Source of the DNA: Candidatus Dojkabacteria bacterium
Lineage (GTDB): Bacteria; Patescibacteriota; Dojkabacteria; B142; WJKM01
DNA: 64,000 nucleotides
Direction: 5' to 3'
Assembly: GCA_014729085.1 (NCBI GenBank)
Contig: WJKM01000019.1
Coordinates: forward strand, 836-64,835
Positions within the stretch are counted from its first letter, which is position 1; each line of letters starts with the position of its first letter. Of this stretch, positions 1 through 8,905 are shown in pieces. The position numbers were made by a program, and so were the translations under genes. The notes beneath the pieces are model-generated. The model was not told the origin of the DNA, searched no databases, and saw only the letters and a list, made by a program, of their open reading frames with translations.

Positions 1-1118
1 GTTTCATTAGCTTCTTCTTCTCTATCTTCTTTTTGTTGCTCAAGAACATCTGAATCTACCTTTACAGTTTCACCTTGGATATCAATATTCCATCCTGTTA
101 ATTTTGCAGCAAGCCTTACATTCTGACCGTCTTTTCCGATAGCAAGCGAAAGCTGTTCGTCTGGTACAATGACTTGAATAATTTTATTTTCCCCATCCAA
201 AATCTTTGATTCAATAACTTGAGCTGGACTTAATGCATTGTTTACAAACTGCTCCTCATCTTCATCCCATAAAATTATATCTATCTTTTCCTCATGCTGA
301 CCCATTTTCAGTTCATTCATAATTGCCATAATTCTTACACCCTTTTGTCCAACGCAGGAACCAATTGGATCTACTCCTTCAACATTTGATTTAACTGCAA
401 CTTTTGATCTTTGACCTGCTTCTCTCGCAATAGATTTTATCTCCAACGTTTCCGATAAAAGCTCAGGAACCTCTAATCTAAACAGTGCCTTTAAAAATTC
501 AGGATCTGCTCTCGAAACAAAAATTGTCTTGCCTCTTGGGGTATCCTTAATGTCCTTAATTAAAACTTTATACTTAGCTCCGCTTTTATAGTATTCGTTT
601 GGAATTCTTTCAGAAGCCGGCATTACAGCTGTTGCTTTTCCAAGTTCAAACAAAACTGAATCTCCATCCATCCTTTGTGCAATTGCTGTCTCGATTTCTC
701 CAATACTTCCAAGAAATTTTTGTATTTGACTTTCCTTTTCAGCCTCTCTCAACTTCTGCATAATAACTTGCTTTGCAGTCTGGGCAGCCACTCGTCCAAA
801 ATCCCCTTCCGGCGTAATATCTATTTCAACATGATCACCCACTTCTAATTTAGACTCTAGATCACGGGCTTTTTTCAACGAAATCTGGGTCGCTTTGTTT
901 GTAACTTTCTCAACTACCTTTTTATCTACAAATACGGTAACCGCTCCATCAGTTTCATCTATCTCAACACTTATTTCAGCTCCTTCTTCTTCAGAATAGT
1001 CTTTCTTAAATCCTGATTTAATTGCATGCTTTACTGCATCTAATATTTCATCTGCATCGATTCCTCTTTCAGCAGCTATCTGGTTTACTGCCATTAAAAA
1101 TTCTGATTGAATTGCCAT
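1..1118 (-). CDS. nusA: Transcription termination/antitermination factor NusA (3' end runs off the window)
   Basis: Manual translation from ATG at 1118: MAIQSEFLMAVNQIAAERGID... with FGRVAAQTAKQVI, VSRADP, DPIGSCVGQKG and AIGKDGQNVRLAAKLTGW motifs. Missing from the ORF track because it is truncated. Confidence 0.96.
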   Translation of the reverse strand, partial: MAIQSEFLMAVNQIAAERGIDADEILDAVKHAIKSGFKKDYSEEEGAEISVEIDETDGAVTVFVDKKVVEKVTNKATQISLKKARDLESKLEVGDHVEIDITPEGDFGRVAAQTAKQVIMQKLREAEKESQIQKFLGSIGEIETAIAQRMDGDSVLFELGKATAVMPASERIPNEYYKSGAKYKVLIKDIKDTPRGKTIFVSRADPEFLKALFRLEVPELLSETLEIKSIAREAGQRSKVAVKSNVEGVDPIGSCVGQKGVRIMAIMNELKMGQHEEKIDIILWDEDEEQFVNNALSPAQVIESKILDGENKIIQVIVPDEQLSLAIGKDGQNVRLAAKLTGWNIDIQGETVKVDSDVLEQQKEDREEEANE

Positions 1119-1272
1119 AATTTATTTAAGTAATAAGTTAATACAGTTATTAATATTTCTAAGATTTAAAAGTTACTTACATTCTACCACTTTTTATTTT
1201 TATATGATTATACCTCCTTTTCTAAATTCTCAAATATATTTTTTTTGAGGTTTAATCGAGATTATTCCCAAT

Positions 1273-1295
1273 AAAAAAGGCGGACACTGTCCACC
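1273..1295 (-). terminator. Intrinsic-terminator-like hairpin in the nusA 5' region
   Basis: Minus strand GGTGGAC-AGT-GTCCGCC followed by TTTTTT; a TATAAT lies upstream at 1329-1334. Confidence 0.6.
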
Positions 1296-1367
1296 GTAAT
1301 AAAATCTACTCATTGCTTCTTCTCAAAGATTATAACTTAAATACTGGCTAAAACACAAAACTGCAAA

Positions 1368-1634
1368 TTAACTCCCTTCTTCTATCCTTAACGATTCTTT
1401 GTGTATTAGATCCCAAATATCTTCAACCAAGTCAGGACTTAGGTTCATTTCTAATGCTTGCGATCTAATATTATTAATGAGCCGATTCCATCTTTTTGAA
1501 TCTTGGGGAGGCAACTTCTTTTCTTTTTTGTAATCTCCAATTTTACTGACAATGTCCATTCTTTCTGAGAGAAGTTCAACAATCATCTGGTCAATTAAAT
1601 CAATTTTAACTCTGTAATCATAAAGAGTGGTCAT
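1368..1634 (-). CDS. Monofunctional chorismate mutase, AroQ/type II
   Basis: LYDYRVKIDLIDQMIVELLSERMDIVSKIGDYK...QDSKR matches the AroQ pattern; start moved to ATG at 1634. Confidence 0.85.
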   Translation of the reverse strand: MTTLYDYRVKIDLIDQMIVELLSERMDIVSKIGDYKKEKKLPPQDSKRWNRLINNIRSQALEMNLSPDLVEDIWDLIHKESLRIEEGS

Positions 1635-1653
1635 AATCAATATAATTAAGCAC

Positions 1654-1711
1654 ATAATCCTCGCTACGCTCGGAATTATTTGCCTTCATCCCGTAAAACA
1701 GGATTTCGGCA
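1654..1711. repeat. Pair of GC-rich imperfect hairpins (REP-like or miniature element)
   Basis: ATAATCC-tcgctacgctc-GGAATTAT and TGCC-ttc-ATCCCG-taaaa-CAGGAT-ttc-GGCA in an otherwise AT-rich spacer. Confidence 0.35.
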
Positions 1712-1779
1712 GCTTGTATGTAAAATGTAAATTTTAAAAATTTCCAATTTCCGTAACAATAAAATATACAATCATTATA

Positions 1780-2091
1780 CTAAAAATTTTCCTCCCAAAA
1801 AGCACAATCCCCAGGTGTCCATGCAAAGCATGCGAACTTTGATTTATTAGGTCCCGATTCAATTACCCTCACTGGGTAACCTAATTCTTGAGCATCTGGA
1901 CATTGACATCTCACAGGATACCTGTGCGACCATCCATGGATTCGATATTTACAATCTTTTCCCGCGAACCTTCTTGCAGACTTAGATAAAGGATCCGCAT
2001 AGTGAGATGCACAACCAGGGATTCCATGTGAAGGTCGCTCGTCTGGCCGTACTCTCTGGAATGGTGGTGTTGATGGTATCCTATCTTCCAT
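1780..2091 (-). CDS. Small Cys-rich hypothetical protein
   Basis: 103-aa ORF overlapping the racemase stop by 11 nt; six Cys; no family recognised. Confidence 0.5.
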   Translation of the reverse strand: MEDRIPSTPPFQRVRPDERPSHGIPGCASHYADPLSKSARRFAGKDCKYRIHGWSHRYPVRCQCPDAQELGYPVRVIESGPNKSKFACFAWTPGDCAFWEENF

Positions 2092-2785
2092 GCATCACTG
2101 ATAAAAGTTTATCAACAGAAGATTGGACTAAAATTTCCATAGTATCGATTACTTTTATCCCCTTAATTTCTTTTACTACTAATTGAAGATCTGTACACGC
2201 CAATACCAAGGTTTCTAACTTATTTCTCTCAAATTTATTAATAATTCTCTCAATTTCTTTCTTTTCTTTTATTGTATCTAAACTCCATACTAATTTATTT
2301 ATAAGCACCCCAAGTTTTTCCTGATCTTTTTCTGAAGGTAGAGAAATTTGGATTCCAGCTTTATCAAAAAGCTTCTGGTAAATTTTCGAATTAAGCGTTG
2401 TCTTCGTGGCCAAAAAACCAACTTTATTGATTTTTTGATCTACTAGAAAATTCTCAGTCTCTTCAGCAATATTCAAAATTGGAATATCCACCGACTCCCG
2501 AATTATACTTATAAATTTATGAACAGAATTACATGGTATTACAATAAAATCAGCTCCTCCTTTCTCTAATCTTTTTGCAGCATCTACGAGGTATGGTATA
2601 TAACGTTCTTCATCTTTAGCATCTCTTATGAGTTCTTTTTCGATTTGAAACTTGAGCGGAACACTCCACATCAAAACTCCCGGTCTCTGACTTTCATTTC
2701 TTTTAAAAGTTTCAAATAATAACTTAAGATAAAATTTTGCTGTTGTTTCAGGACCTAATCCGCCGATTATTCCGACTGTATTCAT
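2081..2785 (-). CDS. Asp/Glu-racemase family amino-acid racemase (RacX/YgeA-like), PLP-independent
   Basis: GIIGGLGPETT N-terminus; both catalytic Cys motifs present (IPCNSVH, LACTDL). Confidence 0.9.
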   Translation of the reverse strand: MNTVGIIGGLGPETTAKFYLKLLFETFKRNESQRPGVLMWSVPLKFQIEKELIRDAKDEERYIPYLVDAAKRLEKGGADFIVIPCNSVHKFISIIRESVDIPILNIAEETENFLVDQKINKVGFLATKTTLNSKIYQKLFDKAGIQISLPSEKDQEKLGVLINKLVWSLDTIKEKKEIERIINKFERNKLETLVLACTDLQLVVKEIKGIKVIDTMEILVQSSVDKLLSVMHGR

Positions 2786-2789
2786 TTTA

Positions 2790-4208
2790 TTAAGTTAAGA
2801 TTTTATTTGCCGAAAGAACGTTTATTAGAACATCTTTTAATACCTGTTTATTCTCAATCCCGCCCTCATCTTCAAGTTTTTGCAACAAAACTCTTGAAGG
2901 TTCCATTTCTGCAAGATTTTCTTTAAAAAAGGCTTCAATTTCTGCAGTATCTCCGCTTCCGGTAGCAACTAAACCTTCAATTGCTTTCCTAATTTCTATA
3001 TCCCTCATCTCCCATCCGCTTACTTCCCTTATTTCCCAATTATCCCCAACTTTTTCGCTTACTGTAAATTTCCCGTCTAAACCCAATTTTTGAGCTTGTG
3101 ATGAATTATTTTCCACAGCTTCAAAATCCAGCAAAGGCTCTTCATTCTCTAAAGCCCAAAGCAACCTACCAATAGATAAAGTCATTGCAGCTGCATTAGC
3201 CTCAGGTGACTGCTGCGTTGAAATTGGTCTGAATTCTACTAACAATCTTTCGATATCCAAATCTTCATCTGTAATGAATTTAAGTTTTGAGGCAAGCCAA
3301 TTCGTCCCTGTTGCTATTGCTAAGGCTTCGAACTCATTAGAGGGTTCAAGTATCAATGGATGTTTTGCCATATGTTCGAAAACATCCTCGACATCATCGA
3401 AAAAACCATCTGGCAAAAATACCCTATGCCCTGTTTCCGTCAAATGAGTCATATCCCACAATCTATTCCTCGGTTCATTCCATCCAGTATCAACTCCTTC
3501 AGCAAATCTCGAATTACCCGTAATAGCTACTAAAAAAGGTGACATTTGTATGGACCAGTTCACCAAATCAACAGCTTCTTCCGGACTTGTAGCTGACATA
3601 TTAAACTGAATTGAATTGCAAGCGCTTACAACAGTAGCATCAGGCTCTTCCTCTAATCCCAGTTCTTCCATTAAAACAAAGGAATCTTCTACCCTATTCT
3701 CTATATGATGATTTGGAACTTGCTCATATTTTGGCTTGCTTGTTCTAACAATATTATTGAGCTCAAGTGTCGGATGCAGCCCCATCTTTAATACACTTGC
3801 ACCCTTATCATTTGCAGCATCTACCAAACAATCATCCAACCACGTAAACAACTCAACCATTTTATCCGGCGAAAATCCCTGTGAAAATATTTCCTCCTGA
3901 TTAGCCTCAATTTGAAAGGCTCCCAATTCCGGTTGAAAGGAAAATAAACCACCTCTCTCATTAGACAATAAATTTGCATCATCTATAATCTGGTCTCTCA
4001 AACTTTCGTCAATAGGACTTAAATCTGAGTGCACTAAACTAAACTCAGCCTCTATACCAATAGTTCTAGGATTATGTCCCTTGAAAGGAGATTGTAAAGT
4101 CAACTTTTCAAAAGCATTTCCCAAATAATTCCCTGCACGCCTTTCTTGGGGAGTACTAGTTAAAATATTTTGCGCTCTAATATTTTGTATTTGCTCATTT
4201 ATATTCAT
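2790..4208 (-). CDS. Glutamate-cysteine ligase-like (GCS2 / carboxylate-amine ligase) protein
   Basis: TIGIEAEF, PELGAFQIE, GLHPTL, NSIQFN, GNSRF and VEFRP motifs of the gamma-glutamyl ligase fold. True start is probably ATG at 4208; the ORF-track extension runs through a terminator. Confidence 0.75.
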   Translation of the reverse strand: MNINEQIQNIRAQNILTSTPQERRAGNYLGNAFEKLTLQSPFKGHNPRTIGIEAEFSLVHSDLSPIDESLRDQIIDDANLLSNERGGLFSFQPELGAFQIEANQEEIFSQGFSPDKMVELFTWLDDCLVDAANDKGASVLKMGLHPTLELNNIVRTSKPKYEQVPNHHIENRVEDSFVLMEELGLEEEPDATVVSACNSIQFNMSATSPEEAVDLVNWSIQMSPFLVAITGNSRFAEGVDTGWNEPRNRLWDMTHLTETGHRVFLPDGFFDDVEDVFEHMAKHPLILEPSNEFEALAIATGTNWLASKLKFITDEDLDIERLLVEFRPISTQQSPEANAAAMTLSIGRLLWALENEEPLLDFEAVENNSSQAQKLGLDGKFTVSEKVGDNWEIREVSGWEMRDIEIRKAIEGLVATGSGDTAEIEAFFKENLAEMEPSRVLLQKLEDEGGIENKQVLKDVLINVLSANKILT

Positions 4209-4268
4209 TTTATTTAATTCAAAAATAATATTTAGTAAGTTAGAATTTATTACATATTTGAAAGTGAT

Positions 4269-4292
4269 AAAAAACCCACCTTTCGGTGGGTT
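4269..4292 (-). terminator. Attenuator terminator of the proximal Tyr leader
   Basis: AACCCACC-GAAA-GGTGGGTT plus U-tract; 5' arm and loop are complementary to CCTTTCGGTG at the leader end. Confidence 0.9.
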
Positions 4293-4315
4293 AAAAATCA
4301 ATACAGATATATACC

Positions 4316-4378
4316 TCACCGAAAGGAAAGTTCTGAATAATAGTAATAATAATTTTGTGTGATAAATTTAAAAACCAT
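4316..4378 (-). CDS. Tyr-rich attenuator leader peptide MVFKFITQNYYYYYSELSFR
   Basis: ATG at 4378 to TGA at 4316; five consecutive Tyr codons directly before antiterminator and terminator. Confidence 0.88.
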   Translation of the reverse strand: MVFKFITQNYYYYYSELSFR

Positions 4379-4402
4379 ATTTAATCAACTTAATATAAAA
4401 AG

Positions 4403-4426
4403 AAAAAACCACTCTTGGCGAGTGGT
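4403..4426 (-). terminator. Attenuator terminator of the distal Tyr leader
   Basis: ACCACTC-GCCAA-GAGTGGT plus TTTTT; alternative pairing CTTGGGTGAGTG with CACTCGCCAAG. Confidence 0.88.
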
Positions 4427-4454
4427 ATATTCAAAAACTACAATATCCAATCAC

Positions 4455-4511
4455 TCACCCAAGGGTAAGTTTTGAATAATAATAGTTTTTATTTAATGAT
4501 GTCAATTTCAT
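4455..4511 (-). CDS. Tyr-rich attenuator leader peptide MKLTSLNKNYYYSKLTLG
   Basis: ATG at 4511 to TGA at 4455; TAT TAT TAT run; CTTACCC/GGGTGAG protector hairpin. Confidence 0.85.
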   Translation of the reverse strand: MKLTSLNKNYYYSKLTLG

Positions 4512-4535
4512 GATTATTTGATTTGTAACAATATT

Positions 4536-4565
4536 ACTATAACACATTATAGGATTGTTTGTAAA
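4536..4565 (-). promoter_or_regulatory. Putative sigma70 promoter of the tandem Tyr leader
   Basis: TTTACA-18nt-TATAGT with an extended -10 TG, about 25 nt upstream of the leader ATG. Confidence 0.55.
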
Positions 4566-4567
4566 TA

Positions 4568-4969
4568 TCAAACCTTCTCTAAAATAAAATTGTCTTCTTC
4601 TGCAATTTCAGTGAAATTCTTCGTATGCTTTACTTCTTCTAAAACTGGACTTCCAATTTCAGTAAAATGAATCTTTTCTTCAGTTACTTTATGAATTTCA
4701 AGCACATTATAAGTATCATAACTCATCAGTGCATTAAGATCTTGTGTATTTATAATAATTAGTCTCTGCTTATTACCTTCTGGAGTTACAACCCATTTAG
4801 GAATTGCAACTATTGTTCCATCATCAGACCACTTTGGCGGACTACCGCACCTGTATGCAATAAAATATCTATCTTTATCAAGTTGTAAATATGCTGTACC
4901 TTCTAAGGGGAGTCCTGCCATGATATGCTTTAAATGCTCGTAGACAATCTTATTATCACCTTTTTTCAA
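4568..4969 (-). CDS. Hypothetical protein (start uncertain)
   Basis: 133-aa ORF with a TTG start; the frame stays open a little further upstream. Confidence 0.55.
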   Translation of the reverse strand: MKKGDNKIVYEHLKHIMAGLPLEGTAYLQLDKDRYFIAYRCGSPPKWSDDGTIVAIPKWVVTPEGNKQRLIIINTQDLNALMSYDTYNVLEIHKVTEEKIHFTEIGSPVLEEVKHTKNFTEIAEEDNFILEKV

Positions 4970-5060
4970 GCTATCAAGATTGTTGTCAAAACGCCATGGA
5001 TCTGTAATTTTTTTAATTCAGAAGTAAATGTTTTATAGTATTCATTAGATAAATCAAAAA

Positions 5061-5777
5061 CTAGGATTCAAGCGTCCATCTTGCTTTCCCTTCCTCTTGC
5101 TTGTAAAACATATTTACTGACTTCAACACTCTTCTCCAAAAGTAAAGCAATATTTCTGAAGGATTTTGTTCTAACTTTTTAATATTAATATTTGAACTCA
5201 AAAATGCTTCATATTCCTTTTTCTCAATCGGCATCCTTGGATAACGCATAAATTGAAGAGCATGAATAATTTCATGTTCTAAATTATTAATTTGTTTATA
5301 CACTTCATATTCAGATTCTGGCCTTTTTAAATCAATAAATACGTCCCTGCTATCTGTTGAGTATGTACCCTCAGCCCCTGACTCTTCAAACCATTCTTCT
5401 AATTCATATTCTGCCCTAACAGAAATACTATTATTTTTTGCGACTTTCATAAGTCTTCTACGATATTCTGCTGGATCAGAATACAACAAATCTCGTGGAG
5501 GTAAACCATATTTTGCCTTAATAATCTGATGATCTTCCACCATTCTTGCAATGAGTTTTTCAGTTTTATGGTAAGGAATACCTGTTACGTACTCAGTCAC
5601 TTTTGACAAGAATCTTTCAGTTTCAGCTTGATACTCTTCAGCAGTTTTACAAGCAGATTCATTCATATCGGTCAGTTCTTGTGCTACTCTTTCATCTTCT
5701 ATAAAATGTTGCCCATCAATATTATGAACTGCTGGCTCTTTTCTACCCCCTCCTTCTTCAACTAGTTTGTTTTTCAT
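5061..5777 (-). CDS. Hypothetical protein with HExxH zincin-like metallopeptidase motif
   Basis: AEGTY...LEHEIIHALQ...EYEA pattern (HExxH plus downstream Glu). Confidence 0.65.
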   Translation of the reverse strand: MKNKLVEEGGGRKEPAVHNIDGQHFIEDERVAQELTDMNESACKTAEEYQAETERFLSKVTEYVTGIPYHKTEKLIARMVEDHQIIKAKYGLPPRDLLYSDPAEYRRRLMKVAKNNSISVRAEYELEEWFEESGAEGTYSTDSRDVFIDLKRPESEYEVYKQINNLEHEIIHALQFMRYPRMPIEKKEYEAFLSSNINIKKLEQNPSEILLYFWRRVLKSVNMFYKQEEGKARWTLES

Positions 5778-5836
5778 ATTCTATTCTTTCAAATATTTCA
5801 AATATTATAACCAATATTTGAAGTCAATGTTCACAT

Positions 5837-7678
5837 TTAACTAACAATTCCTCTCAGCTTGAGTTCTTTTTCTATTCTCAAGCCCTCAATAAAGGCTTTT
5901 TCGGGACTCTCTCCGACAATACCAAACATTCCCCATCCGGGAGCTACTGCGGTTAAAAGTCTGATGTCCTCTCTATTAAGGTTTAATTCTTCAGCAATAA
6001 CGCTTAGTGCATTGTCAACATCTTGGTAGTCAATTCCAATATTAGGTTTAATCACCAATGTAGCAAAAGGCATCTCTTTTCCATACATTCTTTCAACTAT
6101 TTTTCCGAAACCTCGAGCTGTATCACCCCCATTTGTCCTAATATTCATATCTTGAAGAGCATTTACTTTCTTCTCCCCCCATCTTGTTTGTATAGTCCCT
6201 ATTGCCATATCAATACCACCCCTGGAAAAACCTTCCGGACCATAATATTCAGCCATCTTTTTAATTGTATCAATTCCCGTATCATATTCCTCTTGGGTCA
6301 TTCCAAGTATTCTATCTCCATTGTGACCATTATTTCGAATATAATCCCTTGGTGCATATACATGTCCTCCCCATTCAGTTGTCTCCTTTATTTCTCCGTT
6401 CTCATCCTCTTCAGTAATAAATATCTGAACTAATTTAGTATCATATCCATTTCCACCTCTGACATGAACTGAAGGAGCAACATTTCTTACCTGATCGATT
6501 CCTTTCCCTTTCAGTTCCATCGTTCTATAATTGACAAAAGACTCAATAACCCAGGAATGGCCCTTACTATGCATCTCTCTTGCAATTTTATCCACATCAT
6601 AACCACCATTTGGATATACTGGAAATGCGCCTTTTCCATCAGATCCTCTAACAGGTTTACAGTAATTTTTCTCGCTGCCCCATCTATCTTTTAGTAAACT
6701 GAGACCAAGTGCAACCCGCTGTTTGAAGACTTCATAGTCAGGATCCCAGACAATACTATAACCAGGCATTCTTGGTGTCTCCTCTCCCATTTCTATTTCA
6801 ATAGGTGAAAGTTTGCCTTCAGCTTCTAACCAAGACTCGTATGTATCTTCCTCAACTTGAATTTCTCCAGCTGCTTCTGGTGTTGGGTAAAGATAACCTT
6901 TATTTGCAAGTTTTTTAGTGATTTCTGCACTATTTGCATCTACATTTAATTTATCGATTGGTTCAAGTCCGCTTGCTTCTCTGACTTTATTTACCTTATC
7001 TCTTAAATACAACAATAGCATACTTGTTTCCTCATCTGTTATATAAACCTGTAAGACAGTTTCGGGATTTTGAGCAAGTTCATTAACAATAATTTGAATA
7101 TCCTTATCCGATGGCTCTTCTTCTCCAACACACTCAAGCGCTTTGTATAACCACTTATGTGAGTTATAATTTAGGAGGCCTTTTCCAATTGCATGAGTTT
7201 CAACATCAGGCCTTGTTTGTGCGACTTGCCTCCAAGCATCGGAATTTCCAAAAGCAATGTCTCCTGGATTTGCAAGAGCTAATTCCCTGCTTGCAATTGC
7301 CGCATTTATACCAATTCCATTACCAGTTGCCTGTATAACGTCTAATTCTATTTGTCTAACACTGATGGACTCTGTTCCACCAGAGATAATAATTTTTCTT
7401 GCCTCTTTACCATTAGCAATATAAGGCTCCCATGCTTCTTTCGCATCCAATAATATCTTATCTTTTGATTCTCCGAACAATACTTGGGCTACTGTTTCCA
7501 ATCCACCTTCCAAACCAGGAAGATCTTCAAGCATATAGGGACCATCTTGCTGATCTTTCCATAAAAGCTCGTTCGTTTCATTCGTTACTTTATTTTTTAC
7601 AAGAATTTCTCCTTCTGCTTTAGTAGGCCATGTGTAACCACCTGTTTTTGGAGAAACTATATATGGATTATCTTCCAT
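5837..7678 (-). CDS. Divergent ATP-grasp-like protein (putative amide/peptide ligase)
   Basis: NKG, KPVRGSDGKG glycine loop, WVIESFV, PSVH, GIDMAI and DMNIR motifs in ATP-grasp order. Confidence 0.65.
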   Translation of the reverse strand: MEDNPYIVSPKTGGYTWPTKAEGEILVKNKVTNETNELLWKDQQDGPYMLEDLPGLEGGLETVAQVLFGESKDKILLDAKEAWEPYIANGKEARKIIISGGTESISVRQIELDVIQATGNGIGINAAIASRELALANPGDIAFGNSDAWRQVAQTRPDVETHAIGKGLLNYNSHKWLYKALECVGEEEPSDKDIQIIVNELAQNPETVLQVYITDEETSMLLLYLRDKVNKVREASGLEPIDKLNVDANSAEITKKLANKGYLYPTPEAAGEIQVEEDTYESWLEAEGKLSPIEIEMGEETPRMPGYSIVWDPDYEVFKQRVALGLSLLKDRWGSEKNYCKPVRGSDGKGAFPVYPNGGYDVDKIAREMHSKGHSWVIESFVNYRTMELKGKGIDQVRNVAPSVHVRGGNGYDTKLVQIFITEEDENGEIKETTEWGGHVYAPRDYIRNNGHNGDRILGMTQEEYDTGIDTIKKMAEYYGPEGFSRGGIDMAIGTIQTRWGEKKVNALQDMNIRTNGGDTARGFGKIVERMYGKEMPFATLVIKPNIGIDYQDVDNALSVIAEELNLNREDIRLLTAVAPGWGMFGIVGESPEKAFIEGLRIEKELKLRGIVS

Positions 7679-7696
7679 TAAACTTCATACAAATAT

Positions 7697-7720
7697 AAAA
7701 AAATCCGCCTTTTGGCGGAT
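7697..7720 (-). terminator. Attenuator terminator of the Phe leader
   Basis: ATCCGCC-AAAA-GGCGGAT plus U-tract; the competing TAGGCGGATA overlaps the leader stop codon. Confidence 0.9.
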
Positions 7721-7757
7721 ATACTAAATTACCTAGAATCAAACAAATTCTATCCGC

Positions 7758-7814
7758 CTAGTGGTGGATTTCAAAAAAGAAAAAGAATTTGTTATTTTCC
7801 TGGTATATATTCAT
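7758..7814 (-). CDS. Phe-rich attenuator leader peptide MNIYQENNKFFFFFEIHH
   Basis: ATG at 7814 to TAG at 7758; TTC TTT TTC TTT TTT run. Confidence 0.88.
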   Translation of the reverse strand: MNIYQENNKFFFFFEIHH

Positions 7815-7823
7815 TATGTGTAT

Positions 7824-7852
7824 ATTATACCCTATAATATATTCTCTGTCAA
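7824..7852 (-). promoter_or_regulatory. Consensus sigma70 promoter for the Phe leader
   Basis: Perfect TTGACA-17nt-TATAAT ending about 10 nt before the leader ATG. Confidence 0.85.
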
Positions 7853-7889
7853 CTACTTAATTAATAGCTAGTATATTAACAAAGCATAT

Positions 7890-8867
7890 CTAAAAAATCA
7901 AGCTCGAAATTTGCTTTCTCAGACTCTTCCGATCAAGACCATATTTAGACCACAAATCTCTATGACTTCCAGACTCTCCAAAAGTATCCTTTATACCTAT
8001 GCATTTAATTTCAACAGGATGCTTTTCTCCTAACAATCTTGCAACGCTTTCTCCAAGACCGCCCCAAATGTTATGTTCTTCTACTACTATCACTTTGTTC
8101 GTTTTTTTGGCTGATTTTAATATTATTTCCTTATCAAGTGGCTTAACTGTATGAATATTCAATAAATCAATACTCAATCCATCTTCAATTAAAGGAAGTA
8201 ATGCCTGTATAGTCTCATAAACCATAGATCCCGTTGCTATTACAGTTAAATCATCTCCTTTTATTAGTTTTTGTGCTTTACCTATTTCAAATTCCGAATC
8301 CGGTTTTAGAAATACTGGAAATTTTGCTCTAGTGACCCGTAGATAGGCTGGCCCCTTCATTTCTGAGATTAGCTTTGTAGCCTGCATTGCTTGATTATAA
8401 TCGGCTGGTGTGATAATTGTGATACCTGCAAGCGACTTCATCATGCCTAAATCGGAATTCATCTGAGCACTAGCACCGTCCTCTCCAACATTCAAACCAT
8501 AATGTGATCCAACTACTTTAATATTTTGTTTACAAATTGCAGCTAAACGAATCTGGCTGAAATTTAATCCCGGGCTAAATGCTGCAAAAGATGTAATAAA
8601 AGGAATTTTTCCAACTATTTCCAAACCAGTTGCAATGCCAGCCATATTCTGTTCAGCAACTCCTACCTGAACAAACTGATTAGGTAGCTCTTTTTCAAAT
8701 TTCTTAACCCTCAAAGATCCCGGTAAGTCTGCATTTAAAACAATAATATCTTTATTATCTTTCCCAAGTTTTAAAATCATTTCTCCAAAACCATCTCGTA
8801 ATGCTTTTTGTTCAAGCTTTGATTCGTTTTTCCAATCTCTTAAAAAATAGTTCGACATTTTATTCAT
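7890..8867 (-). CDS. Transketolase, C-terminal subunit
   Basis: GVAEQNMAG, GEDGASAQ, HTVKPLD and VEEHNIWGGLG motifs. Confidence 0.92.
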   Translation of the reverse strand: MNKMSNYFLRDWKNESKLEQKALRDGFGEMILKLGKDNKDIIVLNADLPGSLRVKKFEKELPNQFVQVGVAEQNMAGIATGLEIVGKIPFITSFAAFSPGLNFSQIRLAAICKQNIKVVGSHYGLNVGEDGASAQMNSDLGMMKSLAGITIITPADYNQAMQATKLISEMKGPAYLRVTRAKFPVFLKPDSEFEIGKAQKLIKGDDLTVIATGSMVYETIQALLPLIEDGLSIDLLNIHTVKPLDKEIILKSAKKTNKVIVVEEHNIWGGLGESVARLLGEKHPVEIKCIGIKDTFGESGSHRDLWSKYGLDRKSLRKQISSLIF

Positions 8868-8905
8868 TTAGTAAATTAAAACACTAACCTAACGTTACAT
8901 TCTGT

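Noticed and set aside
1734-1775. Possible leader peptide MIVYFIVTEIGNF upstream of chorismate mutase
   Set aside because: Its ATG overlaps the putative -10 box, there is no codon run, and no U-tailed terminator follows.
4209-4319. ORF-track N-terminal extensions of the GCS2-like gene (similarly 15518-15583 and 15935-15970)
   Set aside because: They run through attenuator terminators or promoter elements; downstream ATGs fit the family N-termini better.
7867-7880. TrpR-like half site GCTAGTATATTAAC near the Phe promoter (and TACTAGTA at 62050)
   Set aside because: Only one CTAG half site each, not overlapping promoter boxes; expected by chance in AT-rich DNA.
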